DNA of 63,867 bases, the filler included, from Octopus bimaculoides (Eukaryota): assembly GCF_001194135.2 (NCBI RefSeq). It is 7 parts of 6 records of this genome, joined end to end, with 100 filler letters (N's around TTAATTAATTAA, not from the genome) between each part and the next. Parts side by side here need not be neighbours in the genome. Positions count along the whole stretch, not along the records: positions 1 to 28,401 come from NC_068984.1; 6 more parts are not named here. The stretch is one strand, 5' to 3'. The notes below the pieces were generated by a model, which worked only from the letters and a program-made list of their open reading frames with translations, made no database searches and was not told the origin of the DNA. Within the stretch, counting starts at the first letter, position 1. Each line of letters opens with the position of its first letter. A program made the position numbers and the translations under genes. This document shows, piece after piece, positions 11,845 through 23,700 of the stretch.

Positions 11845-12111
11845 CGTACATTATTTACTTTATTTATTTTTGACGGATATTTGTCCTCATCTTGTTTGTT
11901 GTTAACACAACGTTTCGGCTGGTATTCGCTCTAGCCTTCATCAGGTGTCTTGGGGAAATTTCGAACCTAGGTTCTCACTCCTGAGGTATTTTTCGATGTA
12001 ATTATTATTATTATTATTACCATTATTATTCAGGTCACAGCCTGGAATCGAACTCGGAATCTTGGGGTTAGTAGCGCGCACTCTTAACCACTACGTCATA
12101 TGCCCGTGCGC
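11845..12111 (-). mobile_element. tRNA-headed, hammerhead-containing repeat, copy 2
   Basis: Reverse complement gcgcacgggcatatgacgtagtggttaag...gagttcgattccagg...(aat)n...gacacCTGATGAaggct...agccGAAACGTTgtgtt...aatgtac. Confidence 0.85.
11904..11949 (-). ncRNA. Minimal type I hammerhead ribozyme motif
   Basis: Core, stem I and GAAACGUU identical to copy 1; stem II 4 bp; differences confined to loop II and its closing pair. Confidence 0.68.
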
Positions 12112-12134
12112 AATTATGGAATGAATTTTAGGGC

Positions 12135-12345
12135 TTATAAATCTAATGTTTTCCTATCCTTCTTTAATACCAGTTTCCATATGTTATTCATATCTGCACT
12201 TGGTCTGCTTAGGAGGTTGTTGTGTCTTAGCATTTGTACTGCTTCTTTCAGATTTCGTATTTTTTTTTCTTAAATATAGAACTATATACTATACGTCTTT
12301 AGATAATATTACATCATGTTTTATAAAATCTATTGATTGAAATGC
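12135..12345 (-). pseudogene. Penelope-like element, GIY-YIG endonuclease C-terminal remnant
   Basis: 12135-12266 reads KKIRNLKEAVQMLRHNNLLSRPSADMNNIWKLVLKKDRKTLDL* (RxxKEAxxI...L.R...L..IW pattern of PLE ORF ends); upstream IDFIKHDVILSKD with stop/frameshift. Confidence 0.65.
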
Positions 12346-12358
12346 ATCATTGTATATA

Positions 12359-13215
12359 CGTGGTCTGATCAATAACTGTCTGGACTGTTGCCATAGTAAC
12401 AAAGCTAATGCACACAGAGTAAAGCCGCTTGGTACAGTTTGACCGTGAACTCTATTGTGCATGCGCACGCTGATTTTAACATTCTAGCTCACTTCTGCTG
12501 TTAACATCAGTGCTTGGAAGGAAGGTGTGTAGTGTGTGATCGTCGTATTGACAATGAAAGAGAAAGTTGAAGAGAGAATCTATATCAAATTTTGCGGAAG
12601 GTTTAGCGATACCTGATCAGAAGCCTACGCAGAGTCTTCAAAAAGTTTTCATCGGTCTCGACACAATCAAGGAGATCTTGTGCAACTGAAACCCGAGTGT
12701 CTTTTTTGGTCAGCTGAATGTAGTTTTTGGTACATACATGGCAGACACGTATCTCAACTGAACTGTAACTAATCTGCAAATCCTCTGATAACTCACGGAT
12801 GATGATTCGACGATTTCACCTCACGGCTGCACCCACATCTGCGCTGTTTTTCTCAGTTCTGCTGGTTGCGAGTCTCCCAGAACGTTCGTCAATATCGACA
12901 TTTTTTCGGCCATCTTTGAAACGTCTGAACCACTTGTCTATGGCTCATACACTCCTCTTTGTACATTTTCTGCAACCTTACGTAGGCTTCTGAGCAGGTA
13001 TCGCCATGACAACTTTCTCTGTCATGGTCAATGCGACTATCACACGCTACACACTTTCCTTCCAAGCACTACTCTAAACAGCGGAAGTGAGCTAGAACGA
13101 TAACACCAACTCCGCATAAACAGCAATGGTTAAGGTCAATCTTAGCCAAGCGGCTGCACTCTGCGTGTTTTAGCTTCGTTACTATGGCAACAGACCGGAT
13201 GTTTATTGATCAGAC
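12359..13215. mobile_element. Mariner derivative made of two 5' halves joined head-to-head (long inverted arms)
   Basis: TA then cgtggtctgatcaataa TIR. Plus strand MKEKVEERIYIKFC from 12551; minus strand ...WFRRFKDGRKNVDIDERSGR...ELSEDLQISYSSV...VAQDLLDCVETDENFLK; both arms carry the same 5' UTR. Confidence 0.85.
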
Positions 13216-13780
13216 NNNNNNNNNNNNNNNNNNNNNNNNNNNNNNNNNNNNNNNNNNNNNNNNNNNNNNNNNNNNNNNNNNNNNNNNNNNNNNNNNNNNN
13301 NNNNNNNNNNNNNNNNNNNNNNNNNNNNNNNNNNNNNNNNNNNNNNNNNNNNNNNNNNNNNNNNNNNNNNNNNNNNNNNNNNNNNNNNNNNNNNNNNNNN
13401 NNNNNNNNNNNNNNNNNNNNNNNNNNNNNNNNNNNNNNNNNNNNNNNNNNNNNNNNNNNNNNNNNNNNNNNNNNNNNNNNNNNNNNNNNNNNNNNNNNNN
13501 NNNNNNNNNNNNNNNNNNNNNNNNNNNNNNNNNNNNNNNNNNNNNNNNNNNNNNNNNNNNNNNNNNNNTATATATATATATATATATATATATTACCTAA
13601 ATGTGTATGTGTGTTGTGTAAGTGTGTATGCATATGTGTGTGTATATATATACATCTCTGCGTGTGTGCGTGGTGTGTGTTTATATATGTGTATGAGTTT
13701 GTGTATGTGTCTGTAGGTGTGTTTGTGCATGTGCGTGTGATGTGTATGTGTGTGTGCATGTATATGTAAGTATATATGCG

Positions 13781-13819
<39 letters not shown>

Positions 13820-13829
13820 NNNNNNNNNN

Positions 13830-13875
<46 letters not shown>

Positions 13876-14680
13876 TTCAGGTAATTCAGTTTTCATGATT
13901 TCATTTGTAAAAGCGAACAGATTAATTACGCTGTCATGGCGCATAACTAGCGCTCTCATAACACCTTTAAAAAATGATTAAATTTGAGATGTACTTATGT
14001 ATTTGCGATAACTCCTTTGCCACCAACAGTCACCTGTATTATATCCAGCTAATACAAGAGTCCAGGTTTCTTACGTAACTTAGTTTAAACTGGTAGGGTA
14101 ATAGCCTTGACCTACTCCACGGTCTTTCTGACTGATATGGTTGAAGGAAAGGAGAAATATATTCTCAGATCAGAAACCTGGCGGAAATGCTTGCTATGTA
14201 GAGAACCCTATTAAAGCCATTGAAAACAAGCGGCGGTGTTAAACTGGGAAAATTTTCGTCGACACAAAACTAACTACCTTCCCTTCGTCAGGTTTAACAC
14301 TGCTTCTTTCCAATAAATTTCAGTCGAAGACTTTTGGTCGACGCGAGACTATGGCGGTAAACAATTGCTTAGATTATTCTGTTGCGCTGTGGCATTGAGC
14401 ACGAAAAAAACCTATTTGACAAGCCAGACTATTAATCATACGGTTGTGCTATTGCATAACAGAACTTTCCCTGTATTTTCCTCATTCCCAAATGAAAAGC
14501 AAGTGAGCAGATGCGTTAGACTTTCCATTTCTCATGAAAATAATTTTATATAGCTTCTGACCACTCCCTACTACATTCAACACTTTCCGCATCCATTGAT
14601 AACGTAATCTGAAGTACAGTATGACCAAAAGCCACATTGTCGAAGGACCCATGTCTGAAAACTCAATGTTTTTAACTTCT

Positions 14681-14898
14681 AAGGTGGTGAGCTGGCAGAA
14701 ACTTTAGTATGGCGGGCGAAATGTTTAGCGGTATTTCGTCGTTCTTTACGTTCTGAGTTCACATTCCACCGAGGTCGACTTTGCCTTTTATCCTTTCGAG
14801 GTCGATAAATTAAGTACCAGTTACGTACTGGGGGTCGATCTAATCGACTGTCACGCTTCCTCTAAATTTCAGGACTTGTGCCTAGAGTAGAAGAGGAT
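14681..14898 (+). mobile_element. SINE family A, full length
   Basis: aaggtggtgagctggcagaa...gttctgagttcac...gtcgataaattaagtaccagtt...gtgcctagagtagaag. Confidence 0.9.
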
Positions 14899-15164
14899 GT
14901 TTTTAACCTCTCACGGGAACTAAACATTCTAACGACGCTCAGAAATCGTTTTGGATTCAAAGAATAAGAACATTGAAGAACTCAAGAACTCACGAATAAC
15001 ATTAGATGGAAGATTAAACAAATAACACCTAGTGAGGTCAGTACTTTTTCTTTATTCCGGAATGTAGATTTTTATAGAGTTAACGAACTATTTCAAAATC
15101 ATGACTTCTATGATAATATGATTTCTATGATAATCGAAAGAAGTAAATTGTAAATAGCATCAAT

Positions 15165-15356
15165 ATTGATTTCAAATTTTGGCCCAAAGGCTGCAAGTTT
15201 GGAGAAGGGGATTCAACTGATACTTATCCACGCCGAGAGCACGAAAGGTGAAGTTGACCTCGACGAAATTTGGTCTCAGAACACAAAGACATACAAAAAG
15301 TCGCTGAGCATTTTGTCCGGCGCGCTAACGATCCTACCAGCTCCAGCTTACCACCT
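15165..15356 (-). mobile_element. SINE family A (tttgaaaccaatatt-tail subfamily), degraded
   Basis: aatattgatttcaaattttggc...gacctcgacgaaatttg...gctaacgatcctaccagctc. Confidence 0.8.
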
Positions 15357-15357
15357 T

Positions 15358-15548
15358 AATATTGGTTTCAAGCGTTGCCAGAAGGCCAGTACTTTCGGGG
15401 AAGAGGATAAGGAGATTACATCAACATCAGTCTTCAACTGGTTCTCACTTTATTGACCCCGAAAGGATGAAGGAAAGAAAACGTCGACCTCTAAGCCGCA
15501 TAGAATTTTTCCCGGCGTGCCAACGATTCAGCCAGCTTCCTGTCTTAA
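15358..15548 (-). mobile_element. SINE family A, degraded, tandem with previous copy
   Basis: aatattggtttcaa...gaccccgaaaggatgaagg...gccaacgattcagccagc. Confidence 0.75.
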
Positions 15549-16998
15549 AATGCATCAATATTAATTCGTAGCAACCTGAGATTCACACGAGTTATACCTA
15601 TTTTGTTCAACAATATTGATTTGCAAGTTGCACAACGCTAAACAGAGACCAATTGTAACTGAAAATCTTTTCCAGTTTGATTTTTATCTTCTGTATCCTC
15701 CGAAAAATCTTTCCATATTCATTTTCATTACATGTACATTGTATTCCGAACACAAGATAACATCTTTTAAGAAGTCCACATAAAACTTCGAAAATAAGCA
15801 ATTCTCTTCAACTACGTAACTCACGTTTCAATATTTCATTTTTTTTTTTCGTTTCTTTGTTAGTGTGAGTCTGTTAGTTTTATATTTATATATGTTTTAC
15901 AATCCTCAAAGAACTTTATGACAGTTGAAAAAATTTGTTTCCAAAAATTCACCATAATCCATATATAATTTGAAACTAGTCTCTATTTGCCTGTCCTGAT
16001 GTCAATTTTGATAAATGTATTGAACTAGACAACCCAGTTCCTGCTCAAAGTGTTTACTAGCAATATCAAAGAAATATTAATTGCCCAATGAATATTCGAC
16101 AACAAAACTGCAATACCGTTATGGTTTCTTTTTTAATTTATTTATTCTTTATTCCAACATTCTTCCTGCGTTCTGTCTGACTTTCAAGTCACGTGACTGC
16201 TTCAGTTTTCAGGTTATCACATTTCCATTTTCCATTGATTTTTAACATTTTGGTTTTAAAAAAAAATAAACCATTCACATCCAATTTGCATCATTGTATT
16301 GAATGTAAGCAAGAAATAGAAAAGTTAAGTTTATTTTTCTGCGACAAACTGGCAATGATGCAATGAAGTAAATCAGCAGAAATAAAACTTTGAACATGAG
16401 CACGGTAAAAGTATGACTCATATTGAATATCATTGTTCTGTAATTGATAATTTAATATAGTTCTTAGACAAGCATTGAAATCGAACAAAAATGAATGGAG
16501 AATTCTAATTCAGTTTTCCATCAATCTTCACAAAAGATGCTTATAAAGCTTATAGAGTTCTTATAAAATTCCAACAGCTTGAGCTCTTGTTGACAAAACT
16601 TCGAACAAGAGAAGAAATTGAAAATTGTTGAAGGAAGCAAGGAAACAGATATTGAACGTCAATCAAACTGAAATTGGCAAACCTCTGAAGAATGGTACCA
16701 CTATTTTTAGTGTATCTACTTGAACACGTCATTACTAAATGGTTAAAGTTTATAAGATATTACAAATACAATTTATATAACGGAGTCTAAAAACTATGAG
16801 TTTTTTATGTCCACTCTGCAACAGAGTGGTTCATTAAGTAGTGCTTTGTTAAATATACTGATATGTGTGCGTATCACTATATGTATATATGCACTATATG
16901 TATTTATATGCGTGTGAGAGTGTTTATGTGTGTGTGTAAAGATTTTAAAACACGACTATATATTCCTGTCGAGTTTGTTTCTATATACNNNNNNNNNN

Positions 16999-17041
<43 letters not shown>

Positions 17042-17718
17042 ATATATACCGATATGAGTGCCTGTCACTATATGTATATATGCACTATATGTATTTATAT
17101 GCGTGTGAGAGTGTTTATGTGTGTGTGTAAAGATTTTAAAACACGACTATATATTCCTGTCGAGTTTGTTTCTATATACTTGGAAATAGATTAAAGGTTG
17201 TTCTCTAGTATCACGACATTGAATATAAGGATTATTAAAAAGCCGACCAAATATATTATTCGAATAAAACAACGGAATATAAGTCAACAACTAATATTAC
17301 TTTCATATTTTCAGTTGAGACAAGGAGACAAATCTAGACAGATTTTCGTCCTATTGTGACTTCAACAGCGAAATATAGCTCTCACCATATTCTCCAAAGT
17401 ATTGTTATGATTATTACTAAATAAACGTACAAGGTTGTACACTAGATGACAATGGTGGTCTAATTAGGGTCCTCAGTAAACACACACTCTACATGCCCAA
17501 CTTAATTATCAAACATGACACACCAAAGAAAATTTTGCACCTGGTGACGTATTCCTCCCTCTTCCCCGTCTTAATAAGTTTCTGGTAATAGCACAACATA
17601 GCCCTAGCAGGCTTCTTAATGGCCCTTGTATTAAATATGCTTTCACTTGCTTTGCTCTAGTTTTCTATGTGAATGGTACATTATATATTTGGAAATATTT
17701 ATTTAGCGAACGCATTAT

Positions 17719-17957
17719 CCCTTTAACATTCAGATCACTCCATCACATGTAATGTTTATTTATTCAAACTGTGTTGAATTAATCATGCATTATTTCAGAT
17801 GTCAAGGATGTTATTATAGCTTTCAGATTTCAAGGATGTTATTGCTTACTTTTAGAATGACATTACAGGGTAGTTGAGAGAGGCCTGATCTGGTCCGTTT
17901 GAATACAAAACAGGTAGAACATTTGGACCTGATATGGTTGGTTTGAATGCTAAAGGG
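17719..17957. mobile_element. piggyBac-type MITE
   Basis: ttat-ccctttaacattca ... tgaatgctaaaggg-ttaa inverted ends with a TTAA-like target site. Confidence 0.65.
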
Positions 17958-17959
17958 TT

Positions 17960-18179
17960 AAATATTAATTTCAAATTGTGGCACAAGACCAGCAAATTTG
18001 GAGAAGACGAATGGATTACATCGGCCCCAGTACTCAACTGGTACTTATTTTATCGACCTCGTGAGGATGAAAAGCAAAGTGGACCTCAGCGGAATCTGAA
18101 CTCGGAACGTAAAAATGGACGAGATGCCACTAAGTATTTTGCTCGACGTGCTAACCATTCAGCCAACTCGCTGCCTTTG
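17960..18179 (-). mobile_element. SINE family A
   Basis: aatattaatttcaaattgtggcac...actggtactta...gctaaccattcagccaactcgctgcctt. Confidence 0.85.
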
Positions 18180-19052
18180 AAGGGTTAGATATCAGACAGC
18201 CAGAGTCGAGACTGTCCAGCATTTCGAATGTCGTTAATTTTCTATTCATAGATTTGTTTTTAAATTATTCCTTATTACAAACAGATGCAAATTATATTCA
18301 ACGATATCACTATTTTTTATATTGATTCAACATTCAAGTAAATGGAGCTACGACAACGAAACTTATAAGCTTTTACATAAAACATAAACTTGGTGTCTGT
18401 ATTCACTTCCGATGCCGTTTTTATTCTAAATATAACCATAGAGATCCAAGACATATGCATTATAATAAACATACATATTCTATAAATCTTAGTCTGCATA
18501 TGGATCTATATTTTTAGTGGAAATGTGCATGAAGATATTATATGTGCTCTAAAGGTTGAGCACTTGCAATTTTATAGATTTTTACACATAGATGATATTC
18601 CATATTTCCCGAATGTTTGGCTCGTCTCTGTTGATGCCGGCAGCATTTTAACTTATGACAACACCATAAATCAAACAGCTACATGTAGTAAATATACAGA
18701 ATTCCGTTAGAGACACGGATCTATGTTCATAATAAGAATATACAGAATAGGTTATCTTGATTTATATTCCATGTGTCACTCCGTTTCTGCAATTTTAAAT
18801 ATATTTATATATTTATTATCACTCTGAAATTTAAATTCTTTCTATATCATTGGACCTTTTATGAAGCCTTTGCTCAAAGAATATTTTTGATCTGGCTAAA
18901 AAATATTTATTGTAAATCCTTGCTTCCAAATTTAGCTACTTACCCCTTCCAAAGTTTGTATAAAAAGATCGGTTAAGTATTCCAGAATATTTAGAGGAAC
19001 ACGGTGGAGACCATAGCATTGTCACTGAGTCCTCTTCCTAAGTATCTGCACA

Positions 19053-19332
19053 GGCGCAGTGGTTAGGGCAGCGGACTCGTGGTCATAGGATCACGGTTTC
19101 GATTCCCAGACTGGGCGTTGTGAGTGTTTATTGAGCGAAAACACCTAAAAGCTCCACGAGGCTCTGGCAGGGGATGGTGGCGAACCCTGCTGTACTCTTT
19201 CACCACAACTTTCTCTCACTCTTACTTCCTGTTTCTGTTGTGCCTGTAATTCAAAGGGTCAGCCTTGTCACACTGTGTCACGCTGAGTATCTCCGAGAAC
19301 TACATTAAGGGTACACGTGTCTGTGGAGTGCT
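19053..19332 (+). mobile_element. tRNA-derived SINE, local family C
   Basis: A box ggcgcagtggttagg; B box ggtttcgattccc; body aaagggtcagccttgtcacac...aagggtacacgtgtctgtggagtgct shared with 44914-45172. Confidence 0.9.
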
Positions 19333-20284
19333 NNNNNNNNNNNNNNNNNNNNNNNNNNNNNNNNNNNNNNNNNNNNNNNNNNNNNNNNNNNNNNNNNNNN
19401 NNNNNNNNNNNNNNNNNNNNNNNNNNNNNNNNNNNNNNNNNNNNNNNNNNNNNNNNNNNNNNNNNNNNNNNNNNNNNNNNNNNNNNNNNNNNNNNNNNNN
19501 NNNNNNNNNNNNNNNNNNNNNNNNNNNNNNNNNNNNNNNNNNNNNNNNNNNNNNNNNNNNNNNNNNNNNNNNNNNNNNNNNNNNNNNNNNNNNNNNNNNN
19601 NNNNNNNNNNNNNNNNNNNNNNNNNNNNNNNNNNNNNNNNNNNNNNNNNNNNNNNNNNNNNNNNNNNNNNNNNNNNNNNNNNNNNNNNNNNNNNNNNNNN
19701 NNNNNNNNNNNNNNNNNNNNNNNNNNNNNNNNNNNNNNNNNNNNNNNNNNNNNNNNNNNNNNNNNNNNNNNNNNNNNNNNNNNNNNNNNNNNNNNNNNNN
19801 NNNNNNNNNNNNNNNNNNNNNNNNNNNNNNNNNNNNNNNNNNNNNNNNNNNNNNNNNNNNNNNNNNNNNNNNNNNNNNNNNNNNNNNNNNNNNNNNNNNN
19901 NNNNNNNNNNNNNNNNNNNNNNNNNNNNNNNNNNNNNNNNNNNNNNNNNNNNNNNNNNNNNNNNNNNNNNNNNNNNNNNNNNNNNNNNNNNNNNNNNNNN
20001 NNNNNNNNNNNNNNNNNNNNNNNNNNNNNNNNNNNNNNNNNNNNNNNNNNNNNNNNNNNNNNNNNNNNNNNNNNNNNNNNNNNNNNNNNNNNNNNNNNNN
20101 NNNNNNNNNNNNNNNNNNNNNNNNNNNNNNNNNNNNNNNNNNNNNNNCTTCAAGTTTCGACTCAAATGACGTATTCAATTTAAATTCTCAGACAAATCAA
20201 TATTATCAATATTTGTTACTCTTCTAAATGTATATATTTCTACCATCAGTAAATGCGTTTTCCTGTTGATCGGTGACACCACAT

Positions 20285-20328
<44 letters not shown>

Positions 20329-20779
20329 CGTCTTTGCTTGTTTGTGTGTGTGTGTGTGTGTGTTCGTCTTTGCTTGTTTGTGTGCGTGTGTGTGTGTACG
20401 TGTTGAGAGTGCATATAAGAAAATGGCTTATGGTCTTTAAGTGTATAGTATTGTTTCGGTATATCTGATTCAATTCTATCTTTACACAACAACTATTGTA
20501 AGTTTTTAAACCAGACACGTTTTATTTTCTTTGCTTTTAATCCTCTGCTCTCTTGGTCCTTATATAATAACTAATAATTAAGCATTGTTCTAAATGTTTC
20601 TAAAATCGTCTCATTGAATTCATACATAATATTCTTTTGAGTTTTCTAAATCATTTCATACAAGTGTACCATGCTTCAGCTAGTTGCTTAAAATCACTAC
20701 ATAGTCTCAACTAGATATAAATGAATATACTCTTGGCTCACTCACTCTTGATACAACGAAGTATGTAAAATGTGACAGC

Positions 20780-20960
20780 TGAAAAGGGAGAGAAGTGCAG
20801 CAGCTCTTAACTAGTGCTCATTTGGGGCAGAGTACACTGGTGCAGCGTGGGGTGCCGTTCTTTGATCAAGGACATAAGGAACTGCCAGGTCCAGAAGTTG
20901 AATTCACAACCTTATGTCCACAAGCCGGAAACCCTCGCCACTAAGCCACGCGACTTCACT
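20780..20960 (-). mobile_element. SINE, degraded (head plus partial body)
   Basis: Reverse complement gtcgcgtggcttagtgg...gtgaattcaacttc...tatgtccttgatcaa. Confidence 0.6.
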
Positions 20961-21003
20961 TGTCTGTTAGAGATATACGAAATGTATCGGCACTGTGGAA
21001 TTT

Positions 21004-21123
21004 CAAAATATCTATACCAGGTTCGATACATCGGTCCTCGTCCGATCAATGAGGTTGGGCAACGTCGAACCTAGTTCGTAATTAGATGGGTGACAGCTTG
21101 GGAAACTTAGGCACAGTAAGCAT
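21004..21123 (+). pseudogene. 5S rRNA pseudogene (or isolated 5S-derived SINE head)
   Basis: ctataccaggttcgatacatcggtcctcgtccgatcaatgaggttgggcaacgtcgaacctagttcgtaattagatgggtgacagcttgggaaacttaggcacagtaagc aligns without gaps, by eye, to invertebrate 5S (ctcgtccgatca, gcaacgtcg, gatgggtgac, tgggaa blocks). Confidence 0.8.
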
Positions 21124-21135
21124 CTCCCCTTTCAG

Positions 21136-21655
21136 ACGCAGGCGAAGCTGTGTGGTAAGAAGTTTGCTTCCAGCCATATGATTCTGGGTTCAGTTCCACT
21201 GCGTGGCACCTTGGTCAAGTGTCATTTACTACAGCCTCGAGCCAACCAAAGCCTTGAGTAGATTTGGTTGAAGGAAACTGAAAGAAGCAAGTCGTACTTA
21301 TATATGTAAGTGTATGTATGTATCTATGCATACATGCATGTATGTATTCATGTATGTATGGATGCATGTATGTATGTATGTGGGTACGTATGCATACATT
21401 CATGTATGTATGTAAGTACATACGTATGTTTGTACGTATGTTTGTGAGATGTCTTTGTATCTGCGTTTGTCCCCCTCCACCGCTTGGCAACCGATGTTGG
21501 TGACTTTACGTCCGTGTAACATAGTAGTCCGGCAAAAGTGAGAGGCAGAATAAGTACTAGGCTTCCAAAAAGGTCGTCATAGAGTTGATTCATTCGAATA
21601 AAAACTCTTCAAAGTGGTGCTCCAGCATGGCTGCAGTCTAATGACTGAAACAAGA
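21136..21655 (+). mobile_element. SINE family B, full length with expanded internal (TATG)n
   Basis: Head, ~150-nt microsatellite, 3' body and tail gctccagcatggctgcagtctaatgactgaaacaag all present. Confidence 0.9.
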
Positions 21656-22154
21656 CTGACAATATATACATGAACTGAATTCTGTTTCTTTAGCTTTATG
21701 ACATTTTAAGATAGAAACCTTAACCTTACAATTTCTTTTCACAGCTAACATAAACCTACAGTTTTCTTCACATAAATATCAAATATTTATTAAATAATTT
21801 ATTAAATGTTCTGAACATAAATCAATAAAAATATCTCGCTTTCTGTAATTCGATACATAGCAGAATAAATGAATATATCGCTTAACCAAAATATAAATCC
21901 ATTATAGAGCTTTTCAATAAAACTAACGTTTTCGATGCCACTACTCAATTATAACGAGATCATTAGTTTCTAACGGAATATTTCTCACATATTTAGTTAT
22001 GAAAAAAACAATCTTTAGCTTATTCCAACTCTCGGTTACCAATCAAATTGGTAAATTTAAATCGCAAATCAAATTTTCCGGTTTAACTGCATCCCATTTG
22101 CTCAAAGTATAAACAAGCAGCAACTGCTCTAAAAGGTTTATTTCCTCGGCTTTT

Positions 22155-22400
22155 TTCTCTTCTTCTCTCTCTCTCTCTCTCTCTCTCTCCCTCTCTATCT
22201 CTCTGTTTTTGTCGCCCTCTCTCTCTCTCTCTCAGTCTCTCTCTCACTCACTTTCTCTGTCGCTCCGTCATTCACTTTCCCTCTCAATATTCTTCCATAC
22301 ACAGATTCTCTTTCTCTATCGTTCTCACTCTCTCTTTCTCAGTTCCTCTCTGCTTCTCTCTATCACACTCATTCTCTCTCTCTCTCTCTCTCTCTCAATG
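22155..22400. repeat. (CT)n-rich pyrimidine tract
   Basis: Direct. Confidence 0.9.
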
Positions 22401-22813
22401 TTCTTACATCTGTCTATCTCTCCCCGCCCCCATATAGTTTCTTTAGCCGCTTATATTCCTCGCTTTCTTGTTTGCTCACTGTTCTGCTCACTTCGTCTCA
22501 CTAACTAACGAGTCTTTTCTGTATTTTAACGAGAAAAAAAAACCTGGATAGATATGTGTGCTGTGTGCTGTGTGCTGTGTGCGTGTGTGTGTATGTGTGC
22601 GCGCGTGTGTGTACGTGTGTGTGTGTGTGTGCGTGTGTGGGGGGTGTTTGCATCTATACACCACCGTGTTACAAAAGAGTGTTTCCAAATCTAAATGGCA
22701 CCACTCAGAAGAGTGCAGCAGCCCAAACTTTAGCAGTGCTAGAGCTATAAAATTATTGTAAATACCCAGTGATGGTATTTTATCAAGTTTGGTAAAATTT
22801 GCTTTCAAATATA

Positions 22814-23041
22814 TTGGGTTGTCCGGAAAGTTCGTGCCGATTTATAGTAGCTTACCTTTAGAATTATTTGCCATGAAGCCCCCTCAATTGTAGGAAGAGG
22901 GTATTTTCAAGTTAAAGGAAAGATGCAGACGCATTGTGCAACAAAATGGTTCATATTTGTTTGTTCAAAAATGTAATGGCAAGTATTTATTGACCATTTT
23001 CTTTCCTTTAAAAATCGGCACGAACTTTCCGGACAACCCAA
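22814..23041. mobile_element. Mariner-derived MITE, perfect 30-bp TIRs, TA TSD
   Basis: TA|ttgggttgtccggaaagttcgtgccgattt ... aaatcggcacgaactttccggacaacccaa|TA; interior encodes EEGIFKLKERCRRIVQQNGSY (mariner transposase C-terminus). Confidence 0.95.
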
Positions 23042-23329
23042 TATATTGCTTCGATCTCAGACTTCATAGATGCAGTCTTATTTTCCTCTAATTGTCACAT
23101 CTTTGTTATTGTACTGGGTCGTAGGTGTGAGAGTTGAGAGAGTGTTTGCATCTGTTCGCTACAACACGGTCACCTAAAAAAACAGCGAAAGTATGGTATA
23201 GGGTAACTAACACAAAAGCTCTGCGCGACAGATGAATGACAAAGTCAGGAGGCTGGAGGAGCTAGAAGTTGCCAGCCTGACGTTTGCACATTGGCAGTTT
23301 GAATATGATGTTTGAGAATATGCGAGTGA

Positions 23330-23700
23330 GTGGAAACTGCCGAAAAATTTGCTGAAATTACCAGCCCTCCATATTTAGGAATTACAATACCTGCTCCATT
23401 ACGGAACCGTTCCGATCAGAGGAAGGATCAAATTACCTACTGAACTTAAAACATTCCGACAAGGAAAGCACGTTCAATGGGTTCTCAATTCAGAATATGG
23501 AAGAAAAGCAAAGAATAAACAAAACTGATCATTGTCTTTAAGAAAGATACAATAATGTGGAAAGGGAGAGATTATGGACCCTGCTCGGAGGACATGGATG
23601 CCAGAGCAAGGTTTTTGAGATAGTCAAGCAATTTCTCGACGATATGTGGCTATGATCTTCCTGTGGTTGCAAGGATCGATAGTTGCAGGAGGCATGTATT
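23330..23700 (+). mobile_element. RTE-clade LINE, RT fragment, heavily decayed
   Basis: ...FKK(A)YNNVERERLWTLLGGHG...VFEIVKQFLDDM and FSIQNMEEKQR resemble RTE RT subdomains 2-3. Confidence 0.55.

Noticed and set aside
16861-17178. ~128-nt direct duplication on either side of a 10-N gap
   Set aside because: Near-identical contig ends around a minimal gap; most likely an unmerged overlap or two haplotypes
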